IMG/VR virus record: IMGVR_UViG_3300025133_000035
Source: an uncultured virus (IMG/VR IMGVR_UViG_3300025133_000035)
Taxonomy: Duplodnaviria > Heunggongvirae > Uroviricota > Caudoviricetes
DNA length: 20,000 nt
Reading direction: 5' to 3' (one strand)
The position numbers and the translations under genes were made by a program. Under the pieces are notes generated by a model. That model ran no database searches. It was given only the letters and a program-made list of their open reading frames with translations, and was not told the origin of the DNA. How positions within the stretch are numbered: the first letter of the stretch is position 1; the number at the start of each line of letters is the position of its first letter. Positions 8,762 to 17,025 of the stretch are shown here, piece after piece.

Positions 8762-9214
8762 ATGCGCATTGTTTACCTTCACGGGCGGATGTCAAGCCCA
8801 AATTCCCAAAAATGCAAGTTTTTACGCGAGAATGGGCATGAGGTCTTCGCTCCAAAGCTAATTTCGCACAATTGGGAGCAATCGGTCGTTGCAGCACGCG
8901 AAATTATGGAAAAAGTGAAGCCAGACCTCGTTATTGGCTCGTCAAGAGGTGGTGCGGTCGCTATGGCGACGAATACGACCGTTCCAATGGTTTTAATCTG
9001 CCCGGCTTGGGGAAAATACGCGCCATGGAGCGTTTGTCGCGGAAATTCAACGATTTTGCATGCAAAGGAAGACAGAATTGTTAAATTTGCCGATTCCAAG
9101 CTTTTATCCGAAGCTTCGGGCGCAGAATTGGTCGAAGTTGGAAAAGATCATCGAATGAACGACGAAAATGCGATGAAAACGCTTCTAGAAGTTATTAAAC
9201 GCTACACTATTTAA
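8762..9214 (+). CDS. Alpha/beta hydrolase, YqiA/YcfP (UPF0227)-like esterase
   Basis: VYLHG..SSP.S.K, nucleophile elbow GSSRGG, ILHAKEDRIV (Asp), GKDHRM (His); SD AGGAG overlapping previous stop. Confidence 0.8.
   Translation: MRIVYLHGRMSSPNSQKCKFLRENGHEVFAPKLISHNWEQSVVAAREIMEKVKPDLVIGSSRGGAVAMATNTTVPMVLICPAWGKYAPWSVCRGNSTILHAKEDRIVKFADSKLLSEASGAELVEVGKDHRMNDENAMKTLLEVIKRYTI
9206..9213 (+). promoter_or_regulatory. Putative phage promoter motif ACTATTTA
   Basis: Overlaps hydrolase 3' end; 7 nt before ATG 9221, no SD. Confidence 0.5.
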
Positions 9215-9220
9215 TATAGC

Positions 9221-9568
9221 ATGGCTTTGAACAAAGAAAAACCAGTTTTCGGCGCTAGACATGCCAAAAAGCTAAATATTGGCGATTTGGTGTATTGGGT
9301 CGAGTGGGTTTGGGAACCGGACGCCCCAAAAGGTCCAAACGGCGGTGATCCGCTTTGTTCACGACAATCGAAGCGTTTTGGGGTTATTAGCGAACTATAT
9401 GTTGAAGATCGCGATATTCGGAAGGTTGCCATGGCGAAGGTTGTGCCAATGAACTCAAAAGATGATAAACGCGTACATGAAAAGAATCTAATCGTTACAT
9501 CTGTTAAATTGGTCTCCAAAGGTGGCTATATTAGTGGAAAGAAGAATAACAGGATCATTAGTGAGTAA
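9221..9568 (+). CDS. SH3/KOW-like hypothetical protein
   Basis: LNIGDLVYW...FGVISEL...MAKVVP...SVKLVS. Confidence 0.6.
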   Translation: MALNKEKPVFGARHAKKLNIGDLVYWVEWVWEPDAPKGPNGGDPLCSRQSKRFGVISELYVEDRDIRKVAMAKVVPMNSKDDKRVHEKNLIVTSVKLVSKGGYISGKKNNRIISE

Positions 9569-9800
9569 AGGCGATCTAGTAACACTCAAATCAAAACAAC
9601 TCCGATTCGACTATCACCTAATGGAACAAAAGGTCTATAATGGTCGCGAGATTGGAATCGTAATATCAACAGTCCCTCGGTACGACAGAAGTGTCTCAGA
9701 TGGAGACTGTTTTGTTTTTTGGGCTCACAAAAATAGTATAGCTCAAGAAAGCTCGCAGCAGCTTCGCATACTCTCATACGGCAAGTATGTAGAAAGCTAG
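9561..9800 (+). CDS. SH3/KOW-like hypothetical protein
   Basis: GTG 9561 with AGGA at 9551-9554 (track start 9522); SKGDLVTL...IGIVIS...CFVFW...QQLRIL. Confidence 0.6.
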   Translation: MSKGDLVTLKSKQLRFDYHLMEQKVYNGREIGIVISTVPRYDRSVSDGDCFVFWAHKNSIAQESSQQLRILSYGKYVES

Positions 9801-9831
9801 CAATTTCAGAGGTTGTTTTAAAGATTTGCTA

Positions 9832-9840
9832 ACTATTTAT
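9832..9840 (+). promoter_or_regulatory. Putative phage promoter motif ACTATTTAT
   Basis: Intergenic, immediately upstream of the VOC gene. Confidence 0.5.
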
Positions 9841-9841
9841 T

Positions 9842-10219
9842 GTGTCCAAGGAACATACCGCGGTGCCCACTATAGATCATATTGCGATCGTCGTTGATGA
9901 TCTAGACGAAGCTGCCAACTGGTACATTAATAATTGTGGAGGAGAAGTAACACATAAAGAAGACACCTATTATCGTCTACAAATGGAAAACACTTGTATA
10001 GCTTTAATATTATCTTCCCATGGTCCGAACAAGCCTCATATTGGAGTCTTGGTCGAATGTTTGGAAGACTTGCCAGAACACATGGGTCAAGTAGTCAAAC
10101 ACAGAGATGGAACACATGGAGTATATGTTACAGATCCTTGGGGCAACTACGTAGAGTATATTTGCTACAACAATAAAGAATGCAAAGAAAAGTTTTTATC
10201 TTATAAGGAATCCCCATAA
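9842..10219 (+). CDS. VOC / glyoxalase-bleomycin resistance family protein
   Basis: IDHIAIVVDDLDEAANWY, PHIGVLV, GVYVTDPWGNYVEYI (His/His/Glu metal ligands); true start may be GTG 9863 (AAGGA 9848-9852). Confidence 0.85.
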   Translation: MSKEHTAVPTIDHIAIVVDDLDEAANWYINNCGGEVTHKEDTYYRLQMENTCIALILSSHGPNKPHIGVLVECLEDLPEHMGQVVKHRDGTHGVYVTDPWGNYVEYICYNNKECKEKFLSYKESP

Positions 10220-11775
10220 TGAAAATCAAAATCAGCGAATCACAGATTCGACAAGTTGTGAACGAAGAGGTGCTGAAAAACGCTCTCAAAAAATCCATCA
10301 AAGAAACCAAGTTTCCGAATTACGCTGCGCACCTGCTAGCGGAGATTCTAGTGCTGGAATATTCAGCAACAACCGAAGAGACCAAAAAGGAAATGGTTGA
10401 GAAACATGGCATGGACGAAGAGACATTCGCCGAATGGGTTAATGAAAATGCCGACGCATATGGTCTTCCAGAAGAAGATGTTGCTGAAGCAAAAGCAATC
10501 CTAGGAGAGAAAGATCAGTCTGGTGGAGGCGGCATTGGCGCGAGCATCGGGGGCTTCTTTAAGAAGGCTGCAGCGCCCCTTATTAATTTACACAAGATCA
10601 TAACCAACGTTACTCAACAAGGAGTATATGATACTGAGCCTCAAAAGAAAGCCGCGGCGGTAGCTCAGAAAGTCGCTGCGAAAATGCCAGATGAAGAAGA
10701 GATGAAGGCTGCAGCAAAACAAGCTGAAGATCCCGCTGATTTCGAGGCGTATCTCCGCAAGATTATTGATCTTCTACAAGGAGTGGACGATAGCATGGAT
10801 CTTGACCAGCTTAAGCCCGGGCTTGAGGCTGGAGGAGATAAGGTGATACAGGGGGTCGACGCTGCACTTGATGATGCTCCGGGTGAAGCAGGGGGTGCAG
10901 GAGAAGCCGAGGCAGAAGGCGGGGGCAAAGAAGCCTTCGTGTTCAAAGGGAAGGGCGGAAAGGGCTTGCAAAGCTTCCTTGCCCGCGCCAGTAACAAGGG
11001 GCAACTACAGGTACCTTTAAAGGGCAAAGCCATGGGTGCCGTGCTCAAGCACATCGCGAAGCAACTTAAGGCGCAAGGCGTAACCGTTAACGAAGCAGTA
11101 CTGGATGAAATCCAAGGCTGGGCATGGTACGGTCTTGTTGAGAACGAAATGCAAAAACACTACGGACAGCCGATTACGATTCAAGAGGTTCTAGAAGGAC
11201 TTGGCAACCTCCACTCTAATCCCGACAAAGCCAAGAGATCAAAGAAGGCAGGAAGTTTGGCGCGTGATGCGAGAATGGCTAGAATGCAAAAGTTAGGACT
11301 TGATGCTTTCGATTCGAAAACCGGCAAGTTTAGCAAAAAGGGCTACGATAGAATTATGGCTTCTGGAGACAAGGAGGCGATTAGAAGGATGCAGATGGGG
11401 ATGGAGGAGGGTGGCATTGATCCAGACGACCCATCAACGTACGGCGCAGGAGCACCCGGAGAAGAGGCGGCACCAGAAGAGGTCAAGCCTACCGTACAAA
11501 ACACTGCGCCAGATGATGCACCAATCATTAAGGTCTTCAAGGGCAAGGGCGGTGAGGGTCTTCAAAGCGCGCTAGCTAAAAACAGGGACGCGCTTGGTAT
11601 TGCCCAGCAAGACGTTGCTGTTATTATTAAGTCAGTTGAACAGTGGGCACAAACAAATCAGATTAAGGTCGAGAATGTTTCCGCGGATGTATTCAATACT
11701 ATCATTTCTGAGATTTCATTAAAGTATAAAATAAGAAGATTACAAGAGGCTGTTCGAAAGCTTAAAGATGTGTAA
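10219..11775 (+). CDS. Hypothetical protein with leader motif and internal duplicated module
   Basis: Starts MKIKISESQIRQVVNEEV; two copies of VFKGKGG.GLQS.LA. Confidence 0.75.
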   Translation: MKIKISESQIRQVVNEEVLKNALKKSIKETKFPNYAAHLLAEILVLEYSATTEETKKEMVEKHGMDEETFAEWVNENADAYGLPEEDVAEAKAILGEKDQSGGGGIGASIGGFFKKAAAPLINLHKIITNVTQQGVYDTEPQKKAAAVAQKVAAKMPDEEEMKAAAKQAEDPADFEAYLRKIIDLLQGVDDSMDLDQLKPGLEAGGDKVIQGVDAALDDAPGEAGGAGEAEAEGGGKEAFVFKGKGGKGLQSFLARASNKGQLQVPLKGKAMGAVLKHIAKQLKAQGVTVNEAVLDEIQGWAWYGLVENEMQKHYGQPITIQEVLEGLGNLHSNPDKAKRSKKAGSLARDARMARMQKLGLDAFDSKTGKFSKKGYDRIMASGDKEAIRRMQMGMEEGGIDPDDPSTYGAGAPGEEAAPEEVKPTVQNTAPDDAPIIKVFKGKGGEGLQSALAKNRDALGIAQQDVAVIIKSVEQWAQTNQIKVENVSADVFNTIISEISLKYKIRRLQEAVRKLKDV

Positions 11776-12856
11776 TATTCAAAACAACTCAGGACAGGAT
11801 ATGTCCGCTTTGACCAAAATGGCAAAGCGGTTTTATCCATATGCTCAAGAATATCTAGGGTTTGATAAACCCGCGCAGATTGTATATGAATCAGATCCCG
11901 AAAATGCACAAAACCCGCTTGGGAAGACAGCGCACTATCAACCGGACAATTACACTGTCACCCTCTACGTAGACGGGAGACACCCAAAAGATTTATTAAG
12001 GTCTCTAGCTCATGAGCTAGTTCATCATACACAGAACTGTCGTGGAGATTTATCTCCAGAGAAGATGGGGGAAACAGGGGATGGCTATGCACAGACGGAT
12101 GGACACTTAAGAAAAATGGAACAAGAAGCTTACGCATCCATGGTTATGAGGGACTGGGAAGACCAGCATAAATCAAAAAGGCGTAACAATTTGAAAGAAA
12201 CTATTTATAATAACAAGGAGTATATTACCATGTCTGAACATGAAAAACTGGTCCAGCGGATTGTCGCTGAGGTCTTTAAAAATGCTGAGGTTACAACCGA
12301 AAGCGAAGAGGACGAAGATGTCCAAGAAGAAGGTCAAGGAGACCGCAACGATAGCGATCGTGAGCAAGGTCGAGCATCCTCTGACCGACGCCAAGGAGTT
12401 TCATCCAGCGGAGGCGCAGGTCAAAACCTAGAAGAAGCTTCTGATGACGATGATGATGCCGAAGTAACCACTGAAGGCAGCGACAATGACGATACTGATG
12501 CTGAAGTAACCACTGAAAGCAGAGAAGGGGTGCTTAGCACGGCAGAATTGATGGCTCTTGCGGATGCCGGATGGGGTCCGGACCAACTTAGAGGTTTGAA
12601 CAAAACCAACTTGCCGCCGGAAGCTATTGAGATCTTACAAGCAGCGGGTCTTTTAAGAGAAGGTGAGTACAAGCGCGATGATGACGAAAGCAAGGACGAA
12701 GGCAATAAGCCGCCATGGTTGAAGAAGGACGATGATAAAGAAGTAAAGGAAGAAGCAAAGGATTCCGATGATGAATCTACTGATGACCTCCAAGAAACTT
12801 TTCAGCGCCGGAACAATCTTCTCTTTGAGAAGCTGTGCAAGTGGAGTAAGCAATAA
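11768..12856 (+). CDS. HExxH (zincin-like) metallopeptidase-like domain fused to acidic low-complexity tail
   Basis: LRSLAHELVHHTQ and downstream MEQEAY (candidate third ligand); C-terminal half D/E-rich; alternative start ATG 11801. Confidence 0.7.
   Translation: MCNIQNNSGQDMSALTKMAKRFYPYAQEYLGFDKPAQIVYESDPENAQNPLGKTAHYQPDNYTVTLYVDGRHPKDLLRSLAHELVHHTQNCRGDLSPEKMGETGDGYAQTDGHLRKMEQEAYASMVMRDWEDQHKSKRRNNLKETIYNNKEYITMSEHEKLVQRIVAEVFKNAEVTTESEEDEDVQEEGQGDRNDSDREQGRASSDRRQGVSSSGGAGQNLEEASDDDDDAEVTTEGSDNDDTDAEVTTESREGVLSTAELMALADAGWGPDQLRGLNKTNLPPEAIEILQAAGLLREGEYKRDDDESKDEGNKPPWLKKDDDKEVKEEAKDSDDESTDDLQETFQRRNNLLFEKLCKWSKQ
12200..12232 (+). promoter_or_regulatory. Internal promoter motif + SD + in-frame ATG
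   Basis: ACTATTTATA 12200-12209, AAGGAG 12215-12220, ATG 12230 (codon 155 of the HExxH ORF). Confidence 0.6.
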
Positions 12857-13089
12857 TGGGCAAATCATGGAAGCGATTTAGAATTCGCAAAGACCTTATG
12901 AAAACACCTGTCGTTGAAGCAGCACCCGTTGTTAAGGCAGCGCCCGTTGTTAAGGCAGCGCCCGTTGTTGAGCCACCACCGGTTGTCAAGAAAGTTTCGC
13001 CGGCGACCGCGAAGACTACAAAAAAAGCAGTAAAAAAAGCAGTAAAAGCAGTAAAGAAGGTTTCATCCGATGCATCGAAAGCAGATTGA
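12856..13089 (+). CDS. Small basic Lys/Ala/Pro/Val-rich protein (histone H1-tail-like composition)
   Basis: 77 aa; PVVxAA and KKAV repeats. Confidence 0.6.
   Translation: MGKSWKRFRIRKDLMKTPVVEAAPVVKAAPVVKAAPVVEPPPVVKKVSPATAKTTKKAVKKAVKAVKKVSSDASKAD
12907..12990 (+). repeat. In-frame 18-nt tandem repeat (PVVKAA)
   Basis: CCCGTTGTTAAGGCAGCG exact at 12925-12942 and 12943-12960, degenerate copies on both sides. Confidence 0.85.
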
Positions 13090-13336
13090 TTTTGATAAAA
13101 TAACCAGAAGGTTTTTGACAGAAGGACAAGTGCCATCTGTTGCTAGTTTCATTCAATCTCTAGAAGAGGTCATTGGAAAGCTTCGTCCGAATACTAGAAC
13201 CGATGAACGTCGAGTAGAGATTGCAAAGTCTCATCTCAAAGAGATTCGTCGCTCAGTTCGCAGGCTTCAAAACGAAGTTACCCTTCTCCAAGAAAAACTA
13301 CAAGTTTTAGAAGAGGCGAAGGGTAGTGATGGATGA
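13070..13336 (+). CDS. Coiled-coil hypothetical protein
   Basis: 88 aa; heptad pattern LKEIRRSVRRLQNEVTLLQEKLQVLEE; fills gap between neighbours. Confidence 0.65.
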   Translation: MHRKQIDFDKITRRFLTEGQVPSVASFIQSLEEVIGKLRPNTRTDERRVEIAKSHLKEIRRSVRRLQNEVTLLQEKLQVLEEAKGSDG

Positions 13337-15824
13337 TAAGCTTTACAAGAAATTACTGAGAGAAGCAGAGAAGCGTGGTAAGCGACTCCTTTTAGAAGGT
13401 GGCGTTGCCGGGCATTTGGCACATCTGTATGATAATCCTGATCTCTCCTATTCAGACATGGAGGAGATCCTTAGCACCGCTGCGCGTGGTGAATTGGTTG
13501 GGACCGAAAAAACAGATGGCTACAATATCTACCTCAGTTATGTTGAAGGTGAAGCTCGTTACGCTCGTAATAAAGGCGACATGCGTAAGGGAGGCAGTAA
13601 CACTGCTGACCTCGCTGCGCGTGTATTCAAGGGTGGTGAAGGTGTAAAGAGAATCTACCAAGCATCTTTCCGTGCCTTTGAAAAAGCTGTGAGAACTATG
13701 ACGCCCGAGGAGCAGCAAATGCTCTTTGGTTCAGAAGCCCCGGTATTCTTGAACACAGAGATTCAAGGACCGGGCGCATCTAACGTTGTAAACTATGATG
13801 CAAATGTATTATCAATTCACTCCTCTGGTCATAAACAATATATCGAAGAGAATGATACAGTTGTCAACATTACCGACTCTGCAATCGAGCGCATCTCACA
13901 GACGCTAGATGATGTTCTGGACCGCTTTGAAGAAGCAACCATAGACGAACCCTTCTCTGTGCGTAAGACGGCTGCATTACAGCTACAGGCGCTTTCAGAC
14001 CGTAGCATCCTTGAGGGTACTCTACGTCGCATGAACCACGCAGGGTTCAGCGGCAATATGACCATTGGTCAATACACAGACATGAAACTGACTCCTATTA
14101 TTAAGAGAGCAGTGCCGAGCGCAAACAAAGAAGTGATTGCACATATTATTGATCACTTCAAATCGGTAAAGGGTCGGGTGAATATTCGTAAAGTGCGTAA
14201 GATGCTCAGAGATGAGCAAGAGATTGCAGCACTATCCCAGTTACTCGAAAAGAATAATAAGAAGAAACTTCTTGGTGAAATCATCGAACCAATTGAAGAT
14301 GCCATCCACGACTTCGCTGTAGAAATGCTGAAGGGGTTAGAAAGCGCATATATTCTTGACAATGAAAATGAGTTAGGCAGACTACGTGATGAGGTCGCGA
14401 CTGCTATCGATAAGATTCAAACTTACGATGGACCGGGCAAAGATGAAGCCCATGAGATTTTAATAAGACAACTCAAGAAGCTCAAGAGCCACGACAACGT
14501 TAATACTGCGGTCGAAGGCTTTGTGTTTACTTGGAACGGACAGATGTATAAGTTCACTGGCAACTTTGCACCTATCAATCAGATTTTGGGACTATTTAGA
14601 TATGGGAGAGGCGATGTACAAGCGATTGACAGAGTGGATGAAGCGAACAATAAACAGCTTCGCAAGCGCACCATCGCTATTATTCCCGGGGCGTTTAAGC
14701 TCCCACACCGCGGGCATTTTGCCATGGCTAGGCAGTATTCAGTCATGGCAGATGAAGTTAGAATCTTCGTCTCACCCCTTAGCCGACAGAGCGACGGAGA
14801 GTATGGCGAGGCAATCGACTTTACCTCCGAGCACTCCATAAACCTTTGGAACAAATATATTGAAGCATATGGTTTAACAGAAACGGTAAAGGTTAATATC
14901 TCATCAACGAATTCACCGGTTAAAATGACCTACGATTTTGTAGGCAACGAGGACAACGATCCTCAAAAGGCACAGCCCGGCGACCATGTAATACTTGGAG
15001 TCAGCACCAAAGGGGGTGATCATTCACGTTTTGCTGGCAGCGTACAAAAGTACGCCAGAGAAGGTGTGCGCATTTTAGCCGGTGAACAATATGCAGTCAG
15101 TGTCAAGGGAAAAGACTTTACGCGTCAAGTAGTAGAAGTAGATCAAGAGACTGGCGAAGAAAGAGAAATAACAGTTGACCTCAGCGCAACAGACTTCCGC
15201 AATGCTATCGAAGCAGGTGACGTGTCAACAGTTGCGGAGTTCTTACCACAAGCTATCCGAAGCCAAGCCGAGGAAGTTATTAACATGATGGGCGCTCAAG
15301 TAGCAATGAGTGATCCGGAGCAAGCACAGATTGCTGAAATGTTATTTGAAATGATTGAGCAAACTATCGACGAAGTAACTGCTTCTGACGATTTATTAGC
15401 TGCTATGCGAGGCTTGGAAGATGCACCTGTACACCAAGCGCCTCCTATTAAAGATTATGGAGCGACCGAAGCGGACTATAAAGAAATCATGACCAGAATT
15501 CTAAAAAGCTTAAATGCTGATGATTTTGCTGAACTTGATTCAATAACGCAAGATTTAAAAACGCGTTCAATGAAAGAAACTATTGACGAAATGTCAGCTA
15601 TGGCTGGCGGTGCTGTTGAGGGCGCGAGCGGTGAGGAAAAAGAGGCTGATTCACTAATTAGAGAAGACGATGAAGAAGAGATAGAAGAGAACATGGCAGA
15701 CTTAGCGTGGGGTCCAGCAAACTTAGCTTTGGATCCGGTGGAAAGAGACCCGACATACGAACCGGGCGACGAAATTGAAACATTAGCAAAAAGAAGAGCC
15801 GGCGCTAATGTCACTTCCGGCTAA
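13326..15824 (+). CDS. Fusion: ligase-like covalent nucleotidyltransferase domain + HxGH cytidylyltransferase-like domain + acidic tail
   Basis: TEKTDGYN (KxDG, K62), FLNTEI, VEGFVF (E397), MYKFTG; then IIPGAFKLPHRGH (H461) and LSATDFRNAI. Confidence 0.75.
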   Translation: MMDDKLYKKLLREAEKRGKRLLLEGGVAGHLAHLYDNPDLSYSDMEEILSTAARGELVGTEKTDGYNIYLSYVEGEARYARNKGDMRKGGSNTADLAARVFKGGEGVKRIYQASFRAFEKAVRTMTPEEQQMLFGSEAPVFLNTEIQGPGASNVVNYDANVLSIHSSGHKQYIEENDTVVNITDSAIERISQTLDDVLDRFEEATIDEPFSVRKTAALQLQALSDRSILEGTLRRMNHAGFSGNMTIGQYTDMKLTPIIKRAVPSANKEVIAHIIDHFKSVKGRVNIRKVRKMLRDEQEIAALSQLLEKNNKKKLLGEIIEPIEDAIHDFAVEMLKGLESAYILDNENELGRLRDEVATAIDKIQTYDGPGKDEAHEILIRQLKKLKSHDNVNTAVEGFVFTWNGQMYKFTGNFAPINQILGLFRYGRGDVQAIDRVDEANNKQLRKRTIAIIPGAFKLPHRGHFAMARQYSVMADEVRIFVSPLSRQSDGEYGEAIDFTSEHSINLWNKYIEAYGLTETVKVNISSTNSPVKMTYDFVGNEDNDPQKAQPGDHVILGVSTKGGDHSRFAGSVQKYAREGVRILAGEQYAVSVKGKDFTRQVVEVDQETGEEREITVDLSATDFRNAIEAGDVSTVAEFLPQAIRSQAEEVINMMGAQVAMSDPEQAQIAEMLFEMIEQTIDEVTASDDLLAAMRGLEDAPVHQAPPIKDYGATEADYKEIMTRILKSLNADDFAELDSITQDLKTRSMKETIDEMSAMAGGAVEGASGEEKEADSLIREDDEEEIEENMADLAWGPANLALDPVERDPTYEPGDEIETLAKRRAGANVTSG

Positions 15825-15829
15825 TAAGG

Positions 15830-15839
15830 ACTATTTATA
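15830..15839 (+). promoter_or_regulatory. Putative phage promoter motif ACTATTTATA
   Basis: Intergenic; TATTTA core ends 4 nt before ATG 15842. Confidence 0.55.
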
Positions 15840-15841
15840 AC

Positions 15842-16153
15842 ATGAGCGACATGAAAACATTACTAGAGAATTTTAACCGTTTCACAGAAAATCGGTTTAC
15901 AGGCGGGTCAATTGATATTGAACCTTTGTCTGACGAAGAGATGGATGCAGGACAAGAAGCATACTACGAGTTGTTTGAGTTCCTTATGAATTCCAACCTT
16001 CCCGGCAGTAAGCCTTCCGAGAAGCTACAATACGCACTCCGTTGGATTGCCAAGTTTGAACAGACTGGCGTTGAACAAGCCGCGCATCGTGATAGATTGA
16101 ATACTGATCCACAGTATCGCTTTGCTCACGGAGTGGCAGAGGGGAAGAAATGA
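15842..16153 (+). CDS. Hypothetical protein with MK.LLENF.RF leader
   Basis: MSDMKTLLENFNRFTE; 103 aa. Confidence 0.7.
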   Translation: MSDMKTLLENFNRFTENRFTGGSIDIEPLSDEEMDAGQEAYYELFEFLMNSNLPGSKPSEKLQYALRWIAKFEQTGVEQAAHRDRLNTDPQYRFAHGVAEGKK

Positions 16154-17025
16154 ACCGCATTGATTTATATAACGAAATGATTTTGCGAGAGAACATCCGC
16201 AAAGCAATACGTATTGTTCAGAATAAGCGCTCAGGCGTTTTGACAGAAGACAACAAACTTCGAGCACTGATCCGCGCATTACTAAAAGAAGATAGTTCCG
16301 CTACCGAAGGTCCGACAATGAATACCGGCGGAAACGCACTGGATCAGATGCTCTTGAACACAAACACTCTCACAGAACTTGAGAAATCATACAAGACCCT
16401 CACAACCAGCGTTGAGCAAAGACTGTCATTTCGAGCACACATCATCAACGCAGTTGTTAAGGCACTAGGCATAGAACGCGTTAGCGGGCTTCCTAATGCC
16501 GCCGATGATACTACGACGGGCGGGGAGGAGGCTGACGCATTTGACGCGCTTGAAGAGGCAGTAAGAGTGCTCTATGAAACAGAGCTATCAGTAGGTGATA
16601 CCCCGGAAGATGAGGTTGAAGCAGAAGCGCCCTTGCTAGGTCAAGAGCCTGAAGAAGAAGATCCAGAGGAGGCTGCGAGAGCAGAATTTGCTAGCGGTGT
16701 CGAAGTTGATGATACAGGAGACAAGACCGGTCGCAACTATGCTCTTGATGCATGGAACAAGATTGAGAAGAATGTTACTGAAGCATATGCCAACCTAGGC
16801 GCCGAAGAAGACCGGAAACAATATTACGATTATTTGATCACTAACCTCAAACTATATTTTGACCAGTGGGAATCTGAGTTGGAGGGCACTCCTGAAGAGC
16901 CTACTACTCCAGAGTACGAAGCCGAGAAAGAGGCAGAAGCCACCGGTGACGATATGGGCGGGGAAGAGGTGGCAATGCCAGAAGAAGGTGGAGAAGACCT
17001 AGATTTCGAAGGACTAGAACAATGA
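16150..17025 (+). CDS. Acidic hypothetical protein (putative virion-associated)
   Basis: 291 aa; ATGA overlaps at both ends; LRENIRKAI and KLRALIRALLKE helices; globular-looking YYDYLITNLKLYFDQWE segment. Confidence 0.75.
   Translation: MNRIDLYNEMILRENIRKAIRIVQNKRSGVLTEDNKLRALIRALLKEDSSATEGPTMNTGGNALDQMLLNTNTLTELEKSYKTLTTSVEQRLSFRAHIINAVVKALGIERVSGLPNAADDTTTGGEEADAFDALEEAVRVLYETELSVGDTPEDEVEAEAPLLGQEPEEEDPEEAARAEFASGVEVDDTGDKTGRNYALDAWNKIEKNVTEAYANLGAEEDRKQYYDYLITNLKLYFDQWESELEGTPEEPTTPEYEAEKEAEATGDDMGGEEVAMPEEGGEDLDFEGLEQ

Noticed and set aside
10939..10980. Walker A / P-loop in GKGGKG
   Set aside because: Lacks GxxxxGK[S/T] ending and no Walker B or NTPase-sized domain
12907..13053. CRISPR-like array
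   Set aside because: Repeats are contiguous, in-frame and spacerless; no repeat-spacer array or cas gene seen in the window
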